DNA of 64,000 nucleotides from a bacterium (GTDB lineage Bacteria; Zhuqueibacterota; Zhuqueibacteria; Residuimicrobiales; Krinioviventaceae), in NCBI GenBank assembly GCA_963675755.2, contig CAXXMD010000002.1, positions 480,001-544,000 of the forward strand, read 5' to 3'. The notes beneath the pieces are model-generated. The model did no database searches. It had not been told where the DNA came from and worked only from the letters and a program-made list of their open reading frames with translations. Shown in pieces: positions 20,979 to 30,364 of this stretch; within the stretch, counting starts at the first letter, position 1; the number at the start of each line of letters is the position of its first letter. The position numbers and the translations under genes were made by a program.

Positions 20979-23783
20979 TTAATTTGCCATCATTTTGTAA
21001 TACAAACCCATAGTTTGTTCTACAAGTGGATCATTATTGATATTCAAATTTTCAATTAGGTTATTATAATTAGCATTTTTTATAACTGAAATATAATAAA
21101 TTGCACAACTTTTTAACCAGCTGTTATTATCATTTAATAAAAATGTTAATGCATCTGCTTCATCTTTAATAACGTGATCATGATCCATTTGCAAAGGTTT
21201 GTTTTCAATTTCACTTTTATCGTCTTCAAGTAACGGAAGGATAATTTTTTTTAATCTTGAATGTAAAAGGTTATCTAAAAATTCCACAGCATTTGCTGTA
21301 CTGTCGTTTTGTTTGCTTGTTACAGCAAGATACGCATTGTAAATATCGCCCGGGGGATAATAGAGCCCCAATAGTCTGAATGTTCTTTCTAAAATATCTT
21401 CCAGACGTTCTGATATTGATCTTGATAATAGTAACTTGGCTTTTATCTGTTGTTCAGTTAAATCTTGAATATTGTTTGAAAAAAATTGATGAACTGATAA
21501 CAAGTTGTAATATTTTTCCGTTTCTGCAAAAATAATATCCTCTATCAATTCCAGTTCAAACTTTAACATGGGATTTCCATCCCTTAATTTATTCAATGCT
21601 TTTAATACCCTGTATCTAAAACCGGAATCTCCGGTATTTAAATGCTTTATTAAAATGTTTGCTGATTCTTGAGAATTGATCAAAGATAAAACTTTGGGTA
21701 TTGCATACATTAACCTGAAATCTGTTTCTTTATTTTGTAGAATAGAATCCATTTCAGGTAATATGGCTTCACCATATTGAGCCAGGGCATTTCTTGCAAG
21801 CGTTCGGTTTGTTTTATGAGTCAGGTATTCTGTTAAAGCTGGAATGAATAATGGATCCCGGGTATTTCCACTTTGAACTATTGCTGATTGGACAACAGAA
21901 ATAGATTCATCCTTTAATAATTCAAGCATATATGGATATAACAATTTTTCAGAACTGATTCCAATGACTTTGGTAATTGTGATATTTATAAAATTCATTT
22001 GATTATTGTTTAATTCACGAACACAACTCTGTTGAATAAATTCATGATAGAGGTCAGATATATTTACTTTTTTACGAAACAATGCATCGTTTTTGAATTG
22101 GATTGAAGCTGCCAACATGGCCGCACTGCAAATTTTATAATCACTATTGGATATTAAAGCACCAACCAGATTTTCACTTTCTTTATCATGCCTGAGTAAA
22201 AATAGTATTGCTTCAACTTTGATGTCAAAGTGGTTGTCGTTCAACATATTACGAACAAGATCAATAAAATTATCCGGTTCGTAATTTTGAATGATTTCAA
22301 GAGTCTTTAAACGTATTTGATGTGATTTATGACCTAGTAAATTTTGTAAAAAGGGTTCAAGTTGTGGATTAATATTATTTTCTAACAGATCGAGTACATA
22401 AATCAACTGCCTGGTATTGTCTGTTTCCAGTATTTGTTTAAAATAGGCAACCATGGTTGCGTCGTCAATTTTGGTGGTTTGCTGACTGGGATCAATTGAT
22501 CTTTTCTCAATCGCAAGTCTAAATGAGTTCAGGTATTCACTTTTAACCTTGATGATGAGATATAGCCAAACCAGTATTAACAGAATAATAACAATACTCA
22601 GATGCGCTACAGATAAATGGAGATTGGTTACGAGTATGATTAATAAAAGTCCGCTTATACCCGTAGCAAGACTATCTATAAAAACATCAATAAATGCTTT
22701 GGTTTGGTTTTTCATTTTACCGGGGATAGGTACCGTTAACAATTCGAGACCGGCTTTATTAATGGATTGTTTAAAGCCGCCATCAGCAACTTTGATGATA
22801 ATAGCAGACCAAAGTGCAGGTTGAAGTAAAATACTTATGGCACCGGCTAAAATACCAACAGGCAGGAAATAGAGTGACGTTGCAACGCCAAATAATTTGA
22901 ATATTCTACCCGTAAGAAACATTTGTATTAATAAAGATGCCACACTCAGGTTTGATAACCAAAATCCAAAAAATGCTGTAAGTTTATCTTTATCTTTAAT
23001 TAAATCGCTTGCAATCGCATTAAACTGGAAATCAACCAGGTTGGCTACCATAACGCCTACCCCCACAATTAATGCCAGATATGACAAGTGGCGTGATTTT
23101 GAAATGATTTTGATTGCGTTACCCGGTTTTTCGCCTTTACGTCTTTTTTCTTCTTTTAATAATTTTTGGGTATAATTATCACGGGTATCTTTTTGCCAGA
23201 TTAAAGACAAAAGTACAATACATATTATTAAAAAGAGAGCACAGAGTAATAACATATTCGAAGTTCCAAGAACAGGAGCCAACAGACGAGTCATATAACC
23301 ACCGGCTATTCCACCGGAAATTGCTCCCGAGCCTATAAAGCCAAACAGGCGTTTAGCCTGTCTGGCATCAAATACATAATTAGCTAATAACCAGAATTGA
23401 GATGTTGTTATGACACCAAACAATGCAACCCAGATATAAATAACAAAAAAGAACCAGCCTGCATTGTAATTGATCTTTAATAAGCCCCAGAATACAAACA
23501 AAGAGAATATAGATATTAATAGAGTGCTCTTAATTAATTTGTTAAATTGTACCTTTTTAGACATGCGTGTATATAATTCAATAATTCCTGCCGCAAAGAC
23601 CGCAACCAGCATAAATGCCCAAGGCAGCATATGCACACCATAATGCGTGAGAAATAATGAATTACGTACCGGTTTGGCAATTAGTAATGAAGCAATAATC
23701 AGAAAAATATAAGAGAACATTAACAGTGTTTTATTAACTTCATTCTGTTTTATGTTAAATAATGTATTGAAAATTCTGTACAT
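20979..23783 (-). CDS. NTT (Npt1/Npt2, TLC-family) nucleotide transporter fused to HEAT repeats
   Basis: About 12 TM in the N-terminal ~420 aa with KPVRNSLFL, SQFWLLANYVF..RQAKRLF, K(A)FID; helical repeat C-terminal region. Confidence 0.85.
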   Translation of the reverse strand: MYRIFNTLFNIKQNEVNKTLLMFSYIFLIIASLLIAKPVRNSLFLTHYGVHMLPWAFMLVAVFAAGIIELYTRMSKKVQFNKLIKSTLLISIFSLFVFWGLLKINYNAGWFFFVIYIWVALFGVITTSQFWLLANYVFDARQAKRLFGFIGSGAISGGIAGGYMTRLLAPVLGTSNMLLLCALFLIICIVLLSLIWQKDTRDNYTQKLLKEEKRRKGEKPGNAIKIISKSRHLSYLALIVGVGVMVANLVDFQFNAIASDLIKDKDKLTAFFGFWLSNLSVASLLIQMFLTGRIFKLFGVATSLYFLPVGILAGAISILLQPALWSAIIIKVADGGFKQSINKAGLELLTVPIPGKMKNQTKAFIDVFIDSLATGISGLLLIILVTNLHLSVAHLSIVIILLILVWLYLIIKVKSEYLNSFRLAIEKRSIDPSQQTTKIDDATMVAYFKQILETDNTRQLIYVLDLLENNINPQLEPFLQNLLGHKSHQIRLKTLEIIQNYEPDNFIDLVRNMLNDNHFDIKVEAILFLLRHDKESENLVGALISNSDYKICSAAMLAASIQFKNDALFRKKVNISDLYHEFIQQSCVRELNNNQMNFINITITKVIGISSEKLLYPYMLELLKDESISVVQSAIVQSGNTRDPLFIPALTEYLTHKTNRTLARNALAQYGEAILPEMDSILQNKETDFRLMYAIPKVLSLINSQESANILIKHLNTGDSGFRYRVLKALNKLRDGNPMLKFELELIEDIIFAETEKYYNLLSVHQFFSNNIQDLTEQQIKAKLLLSRSISERLEDILERTFRLLGLYYPPGDIYNAYLAVTSKQNDSTANAVEFLDNLLHSRLKKIILPLLEDDKSEIENKPLQMDHDHVIKDEADALTFLLNDNNSWLKSCAIYYISVIKNANYNNLIENLNINNDPLVEQTMGLYYKMMAN

Positions 23784-23803
23784 TCAGTAATTTGCACCTG
23801 TAA

Positions 23804-25132
23804 TTATTGATTAAAGCTGGCAACTCTTTTTTTATTTTCAATACCAATTGCTATGGCAATAATAATCCAGATTGTGACCAGTGCAATGTTAAACAAGGCA
23901 AACTGTTTGGTATGAAATGCTAAAAAGTTAGTGCCCAGATAAACAACCAATGCCGATAAAACATCACCGGCTCTTACAAAGAATGTATCAATTGCTTGTT
24001 TTGCATTATACTTTTCTTCGCGGGTGGTTGGTAGAAACAATACCTGTCTTACCGTATTCTGCAAAGAGTAGTCGGTTGAATTTTCAAATATTTTGGCCCA
24101 TTTTACAAACATTAATACAGGATAAAAAGCCATAATAAAATACCCACCTAATGCAATAAAAGGGAGGACCAGTAAAGCAACTCGAATGCCTATATATTTT
24201 AATATTCTTGAAACCAGAAATAATTGTATGATTAAACCCGCAATGTTGACAATGGTGAAAAAGTCAGCATAAAATTTACCAATATATTCTTTCACCATAT
24301 CCCCCGAACCAGGATCTGTAACAAGTTTTGAAGCAGCTTCGGTAACCGTTCTTCCCAGAATATATTCACCAGTTGTATTTACCCAATTGAGAAATAATAA
24401 TAAAAAAGCAATTAATAATAGGTATCTGTTTTTAAGAACCAAGCCAAATCCATTGCCTTTTTTTAAAGGTTCAACAATATCATGTTTTGTTTCTGAATTT
24501 AATACAACGGCATCTTTTTGACGTTTATCAACCAGGTTGGTTAACAATAAAGAAATTAATAGCAATGCTCCTGAAAGCAGCAATAACTGATAAACACCCA
24601 AAACACCAATCAATCTACCTGTAATATAGCTTCCAAAAACCGCACCTGATGAAGCTCCAAAAGCAACAATAACAAAGATTCGTTTTCCATCTTCGGGGGT
24701 ATAGAGATCATTAGCAAAAGACCAGAATTGAGCAATTACCATTAGGTTGAAAATTCCAACCCATAAATAAAAGACAACACCCAAAGGTACATTGAACTGG
24801 GCCAGTATATAGAAAACAACCAGACAGCCTGTAAAAAACAGCGTCACAATATTAATCAGGGGTTTACGTGGAAAACGACTTGCAAGCCAACCATATAATG
24901 GAACAACTCCCAGGAGTAATATAGCTTGCCCTGCAGCAGCATAGCTTTTTACTTCAGCACCACCACCGGCAAGAATCAGTGCTTCTCTAACCGGTTTAAT
25001 GATATAATAAGAAGTTAACAGTAGAAACAAGTTGACAAATAACAACAGCGCTGATACACCTTCGCCGGATTTGACTTCCGTAAAGATGTTTAAAAATCTT
25101 TCCAGGTAACTTTTGGATCTGTTTTCCAACAT
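23804..25132 (-). CDS. NTT (ATP/ADP translocase, TLC-family) NTP/NDP exchange transporter
   Basis: YYIIKPVREAL, AQFWSFANDLY..EDGKR, STDYSLQNTVRQVLFLP, EKYNAKQAIDTFFVRAGD. Confidence 0.88.
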   Translation of the reverse strand: MLENRSKSYLERFLNIFTEVKSGEGVSALLLFVNLFLLLTSYYIIKPVREALILAGGGAEVKSYAAAGQAILLLGVVPLYGWLASRFPRKPLINIVTLFFTGCLVVFYILAQFNVPLGVVFYLWVGIFNLMVIAQFWSFANDLYTPEDGKRIFVIVAFGASSGAVFGSYITGRLIGVLGVYQLLLLSGALLLISLLLTNLVDKRQKDAVVLNSETKHDIVEPLKKGNGFGLVLKNRYLLLIAFLLLFLNWVNTTGEYILGRTVTEAASKLVTDPGSGDMVKEYIGKFYADFFTIVNIAGLIIQLFLVSRILKYIGIRVALLVLPFIALGGYFIMAFYPVLMFVKWAKIFENSTDYSLQNTVRQVLFLPTTREEKYNAKQAIDTFFVRAGDVLSALVVYLGTNFLAFHTKQFALFNIALVTIWIIIAIAIGIENKKRVASFNQ

Positions 25133-25198
25133 GACAACTCCGGTAATTATGATTTTAGTAATATATTTATTTTATGTGCATTATAAAAGTCGTTTTTT

Positions 25199-26797
25199 CT
25201 AATGGGTTACTCCAACCAGTTTAATTTCTCCATTTTCCCTTTTAATGATGTGGAATTCAGCAGACGGTAAATAGTCTTTGTAATGTAATTTAGAAATATT
25301 TGCAATAAGGTAATTGTCTGTTTGGGCAAACATTTCAGACGAAAGAGGAATCAAAATCTCATCATTATTCACCTGATATAGAGTATTATTTGATAGAATT
25401 GAATTTGCATCGTCTTTTATATTTAATTGATAATATTGAGAATCCTGATTGTCTACAATTTCAAATGCAATATCCTTTAACACAAGAGTATCGTTTTTTA
25501 TTTTAACAAATTCAAGGGGAGTAACCTGATTTAAATAATATTTGAGAACTTTGGTTTTTCGACTTTCAAGAGTTGCCAACATGTACTGTGCTGCCGCTTT
25601 ATCCGGATAGTGTGCTGAATCCACCAGAGCTTTTAAATGATCAATAGTAACATTTGATAGGATTTTAGCCGCCCAATAATTGTCATTCGTTTGACTATAT
25701 TGTATAGGATCAAAAGGATGCGATTCTTTCCATTTTTCCGGTTTGAATAGTGTTGCTTCAAAAGTACCCACAGAAGGCCACGGTGTATAACTTGCTTTTT
25801 CCCAATCCTGTACCAGTAATCCCATGGTAAAGAAATTTAAAAATATATCATTTAAACTGAAATTGTGATTAAAACCAGCCCATAATTTATTACTTCTGGT
25901 CGCAAAAGTTCCAAAGGCATCATCAAAATCTATCATGTAATGCTTTACATAGCCTTTATTCTGTTCACCAACATAAATATCAAAAAGATTGTCGCTGCCA
26001 ATTTCTGACATGTTGGTAAAAGAAGCAAAAACCCGTAATGCTCTAAGTATTCGTCTTTCTTCATGTGGAAACAGATCATTGGCATCTTCATGCCTCACGC
26101 CTTTGGACGGTGAAGGCCCCATAGGCAACCCTTCAATAATACGGCTTGCAATGGATCTAAAAAATCCATTTTCAGGTACAGCTGTTCGGGATAATATTTT
26201 ATCAAGGCTTGATTCATCAAGATCACTTGTTGAATCAATCTGTAAATCTTTACGCTCAAAATAAAACAACTGATCTTCAGGAACATTATAACCAAAACCC
26301 CAGAATAAACGATTTACAATAAATGATGTAGAAGTTGCAATCGCAGGATGGCCTTTCGGGTCCATTTTCAACATATAATGATTGCCATTGCTGTCTTTGA
26401 TAAATAAGCGTGGGGTGGTATCTGCTTTACGTACTCTGATAACAGTCAATGGTGGTGCAGGAGGACCAAATTCTGTTGGTCCTTTAGCGAGTTCCTCTGG
26501 TGTAATCTCTTGATATCCCAATCTGGGTATATACCAACTTGACGCCGGAACCTGATCCATGCTGTTTACGTCTCTTGCCTGGTTATTGGGAGCTATAAAA
26601 AAACTTTCTACTACCGGTTTCGGGGCCAATACATTTGCATAATATTCAAAGCGGTTTTTGAATACTGTTTTAGGTAAAGGAATAGGGGATATATCATTAT
26701 AATACATAACCGGTTCCTTATCTGCAAACCGATACGTTTGAGGTGCGCATGCACTAAATACTAATACTAGAAATAATATGTATCTGATCTTGTTCAT
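25199..26797 (-). CDS. hypothetical lipoprotein with probable atypical protein-kinase-like fold
   Basis: Likely ATG at 26797, 1 nt after the upstream stop; lipobox LVFSA-C; YMLKMD, RLFWGFGYNVP, NxxExxxxN and YMIDFD motifs in kinase order. Confidence 0.6.
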   Translation of the reverse strand: MNKIRYILFLVLVFSACAPQTYRFADKEPVMYYNDISPIPLPKTVFKNRFEYYANVLAPKPVVESFFIAPNNQARDVNSMDQVPASSWYIPRLGYQEITPEELAKGPTEFGPPAPPLTVIRVRKADTTPRLFIKDSNGNHYMLKMDPKGHPAIATSTSFIVNRLFWGFGYNVPEDQLFYFERKDLQIDSTSDLDESSLDKILSRTAVPENGFFRSIASRIIEGLPMGPSPSKGVRHEDANDLFPHEERRILRALRVFASFTNMSEIGSDNLFDIYVGEQNKGYVKHYMIDFDDAFGTFATRSNKLWAGFNHNFSLNDIFLNFFTMGLLVQDWEKASYTPWPSVGTFEATLFKPEKWKESHPFDPIQYSQTNDNYWAAKILSNVTIDHLKALVDSAHYPDKAAAQYMLATLESRKTKVLKYYLNQVTPLEFVKIKNDTLVLKDIAFEIVDNQDSQYYQLNIKDDANSILSNNTLYQVNNDEILIPLSSEMFAQTDNYLIANISKLHYKDYLPSAEFHIIKRENGEIKLVGVTH

Positions 26798-26798
26798 A

Positions 26799-28154
26799 TC
26801 AATAAAATGAAACTCCAATATCTGCGTGTAATCGTAAACCTTCTGATCCATAAATTATTTTTATATTTGCCATTTCATCATCTCTGCTATGTAAATCAAA
26901 TATAAAACCTGCTGCCCAAACCGAGTGATTAAAGGATATTTTTTTATAATCAGAACTTGCGGTGAGATAATCTGCGAAAATATGAGCTCCCACATTTTGT
27001 GATAATGGCCAGCTATACTGAATGGATGGAATTAGCAAATGATTGTCTAACCTGAGATATGTTCTTTCATTTACACCTCTGAATTCCGGATGATGTGGAT
27101 ATTCAGTAAAAGGAATAATATTATCTTTATCTAAATTTCGAATCGCATGTACTGTTAATTTGGGAGTTATGATTCTGTTGTTATTTAAAACAGCAAAGCG
27201 TTTATATATAGTAATTCCCGATTTTAAAGATAAATTGGGATTATTATCAAGCCCTCGGTTAATACCTGCATAGGCTTCAAAAACACTTCCTGTAGAAAAG
27301 TATCGGGTATTAGGTTGTGAATCAAATCTTATGGAAAGTTCATTATACCATTGATTGAAGGTTGAATTCATGCCAGGTATAGAGCTAATTTCAAAAATTT
27401 GTGAAACCCAATTGTCACCTTCAAATGCATCTTTGACTGTTCTCTGGTCAAATGATGTCATTAAATAAAAATTGAAATTAGGCTTGGGTCTATAACCGGA
27501 AATCAGACGAACCGCTGTATGCTCTTGAAAAAAATATCCATATTTTGATTTTGGATTATCTACAAACTGGTTTCTGGAATCATTTCTGGGATCCGCACCA
27601 AATCCATAATACTTTCTGTCATCATCATATTCATGCAATATTTCAAAGTTGACACGAATTAATTGATCAATATGTTTAACAAAGTATGATGCCCGTGTTT
27701 CTACTTTGTATTTTTCTTCGTCAGCATATTTGGCTTTGAGCGTTAATTGAACAGGCGACTTTTTCATAATCAAGTTGATGCCAATGCGGGGACGCAAACC
27801 CGATGTAAGACTGGCAGTAGGGTACCAACCCAGGGTTTTATCCTGAGTAAAGAAAATATATTCCAGGTCGTTTATAAATTTAGGATTATTGACAAGTTCT
27901 AAACCATAACCCGATGCGTATTTAATGCCTGCGGAGAATTGTTCGGGTACAAATAATACTGTTTTTTTTAAAGTATAGAGAGCTCTGAATCCGGATTTTT
28001 CATCTCGTTCAATACCCCGAATATACATATATGCTTGTTGAGAAGTCGATAAAGTCTTTTGCTTAACCTGCAATGAATCCGTATGGTTGGTGCCGGCAGT
28101 TAAAGCTGAATATAAAACAAATTGTAATATTGATATATATACTAGATTTTTCAT
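26799..28154 (-). CDS. Omp85/BamA-like outer-membrane beta-barrel protein
   Basis: Signal peptide, amphipathic beta strands, FRGV resembling the Omp85 (V/L)RG(F/Y) motif, C-terminal aromatic (IGVSFY). Confidence 0.6.
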   Translation of the reverse strand: MKNLVYISILQFVLYSALTAGTNHTDSLQVKQKTLSTSQQAYMYIRGIERDEKSGFRALYTLKKTVLFVPEQFSAGIKYASGYGLELVNNPKFINDLEYIFFTQDKTLGWYPTASLTSGLRPRIGINLIMKKSPVQLTLKAKYADEEKYKVETRASYFVKHIDQLIRVNFEILHEYDDDRKYYGFGADPRNDSRNQFVDNPKSKYGYFFQEHTAVRLISGYRPKPNFNFYLMTSFDQRTVKDAFEGDNWVSQIFEISSIPGMNSTFNQWYNELSIRFDSQPNTRYFSTGSVFEAYAGINRGLDNNPNLSLKSGITIYKRFAVLNNNRIITPKLTVHAIRNLDKDNIIPFTEYPHHPEFRGVNERTYLRLDNHLLIPSIQYSWPLSQNVGAHIFADYLTASSDYKKISFNHSVWAAGFIFDLHSRDDEMANIKIIYGSEGLRLHADIGVSFY

Positions 28155-28200
28155 TCGTAATATTTTTCCGCATATGTGTCTTTAATATTATCGAGCGTTT

Positions 28201-30288
28201 TCATTGATTGAGCAATTGATCAAGATTGGTTGGAATTGTTACTGTAAAGCTTGTTCCCACATCTTGTTTACTTTTTACAGTTATTGTGCCTTTATGATCT
28301 TCTATAATCTGGTAGCAAATTGATAAGCCGAGTCCTGTTCCTACACCAACACCTTTTGTAGTAAACCCTGGATTAAATATTTGATCGATTTGCTCAGGAG
28401 GTATACCTTTACCATTATCTGTAATCTCAACAATAATTTTATTATTTTTATGTTCTGTTTTTATTTTTATTTCACCTTTGCCGGATATTGCTTGTCTGGC
28501 ATTTATTAACAGATTCAGAAAAACCTGATTTAATCTGCCGGGATAGCAGGATATAATAGGCAATTCCCCAAATTCTTTGATTATTGTAATATCATGTTTA
28601 ATTTCATGGTGTATGATAACAAGGGTATCTTCAATTCCATCAAGTATATTGGCTTCTTTTAATTCAGCTTCATCCAAACGTGCAAAGCTACGTAACCGCT
28701 TTACAATGTTGGTTACACGTGTAGTACCGGATTCTATAACCCGATTTGCGTCATTAATAATGCTAAGGGATTTAAAAACTTGAGAATTGTTTTCCAATAT
28801 TTCCGGGTATTTTTCAGATAATTCATTTTGTAATTTTGAAACTGCACGCACCAATGTATTATGCATACTATTAATTGCACCTACAGGAGTATTTATCTCA
28901 TGTGCTATGCCTGCTACCAGCATACCTAATGCGCCCATTTTCTCTGATTGAACCAATTGGGCCTGGGTTTTTCGTAATTCCTGGTTTGCCTGTTCAAGAT
29001 TGCTTAATACGGATTTTATTTCAGTTACATCGTGAGCAATACCAATACGCTCTAATAACTCGCCATCAAAATTATAGATACCTGTAGTATGAGAGATGAA
29101 CCAATGCCAGTTGCCGTCTTTATGGCGTAATCTGTAATTATGTTCTACATGTTTATCAAGATTTCTATTGTCTTTAAATGTAATATTGTCATCAGGATGT
29201 ATAAGAGATTCCAGTGTTTTACCAATAAAATCTCTAACCTTGTGACCGGTAATTTCCTGGAACTGAGGGGAAATATAGGAAAAGGTGTTATCCGGCTTCA
29301 TGGAAAATATTATATCTGTTGCATTTTCAACCAAGCTCCTGAAGCGTGTTTCTGAAACTTTGAGAGCTTCTTCCGCATTTCTCCTTGCATTGATGTTATA
29401 GAGTGAGGCAATGTATACCTTTTCACCACCAATTTCGTTTTTAACGATGGATAAAATCATCCAGACAAATGAGCCATTTTTATGTTTTATCCGGAGTTCA
29501 TGGTTATAAAGGTATCCCTTTTCCTTCATTATATTTTCAATAAATATTCTATCACTGGATTCCTGATAAAATTCTAAAGTATTTCTTTCTAATAATTCCT
29601 CTTCCGAAAATCCGGTTACATCGGATAATGGTTTGTTAATGTATAATATTTTTCCGTCATTAACTCTGCTTATAATATAGGGGATAGGGGATACTTCAAC
29701 AATAGCTCTTAATTTATCATCAGCAGTTTTTATATCTGTAATATCAACAAATAACCAGGCCCTTCCCAATGTTTGTGTGTTTTCTTTGTTCATTACGGTA
29801 ATGGATGAAAATGACAGAAAACGTTGTACAGGCCTTATTGTCATTAAAGAGCGGCTGAAAAATTCTTTGTAATTGGAATCTTTTTTATAGGCTTTGTCTG
29901 GGGTTATTTCGAGTTGTTTTATGATTTGTCGGAATCGTTCTGGTTCTTTAAAGCATTGTTTTATTTTCGGTAACAAATCATGAAAGGGCTTTTGTGTAAT
30001 GTCACTATTTTTGAGGTCAAAATATTCAGATACCTGACGGTTAAACGATGTTACAATGCCAAGTGGATTTACCATCAACATTGCACTATTTGAACTGTCC
30101 AGGACGGCTTGCAATTCATCTCTGCTTATTGACAGTTCATTAAGCAACGATTTCAATTGCTTGTTTTTTTCTTCAAGTTGTTCCTGAACCGACAATAACG
30201 CTACATTAGCATTAGCAAGTTTTATTGCCGCTTTTTCAAGATCACGTTGGTTGTTTTTAGAGTTGGCATCGCTCTTCAATATTGTCAT
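28201..30288 (-). CDS. cytoplasmic PAS3 sensor histidine kinase
   Basis: Coiled coil, three PAS domains, AGIAHEINTP, NQVFLNLLINARQA, DNGKG, GTGLGL. Confidence 0.92.
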   Translation of the reverse strand: MTILKSDANSKNNQRDLEKAAIKLANANVALLSVQEQLEEKNKQLKSLLNELSISRDELQAVLDSSNSAMLMVNPLGIVTSFNRQVSEYFDLKNSDITQKPFHDLLPKIKQCFKEPERFRQIIKQLEITPDKAYKKDSNYKEFFSRSLMTIRPVQRFLSFSSITVMNKENTQTLGRAWLFVDITDIKTADDKLRAIVEVSPIPYIISRVNDGKILYINKPLSDVTGFSEEELLERNTLEFYQESSDRIFIENIMKEKGYLYNHELRIKHKNGSFVWMILSIVKNEIGGEKVYIASLYNINARRNAEEALKVSETRFRSLVENATDIIFSMKPDNTFSYISPQFQEITGHKVRDFIGKTLESLIHPDDNITFKDNRNLDKHVEHNYRLRHKDGNWHWFISHTTGIYNFDGELLERIGIAHDVTEIKSVLSNLEQANQELRKTQAQLVQSEKMGALGMLVAGIAHEINTPVGAINSMHNTLVRAVSKLQNELSEKYPEILENNSQVFKSLSIINDANRVIESGTTRVTNIVKRLRSFARLDEAELKEANILDGIEDTLVIIHHEIKHDITIIKEFGELPIISCYPGRLNQVFLNLLINARQAISGKGEIKIKTEHKNNKIIVEITDNGKGIPPEQIDQIFNPGFTTKGVGVGTGLGLSICYQIIEDHKGTITVKSKQDVGTSFTVTIPTNLDQLLNQ

Positions 30289-30364
30289 CCGTTTTAATGG
30301 TATGTGTTTTATTGAAATTACTCAATACTATAGAACGTAAACTTGACGATCAGGTTTCCTTTTT

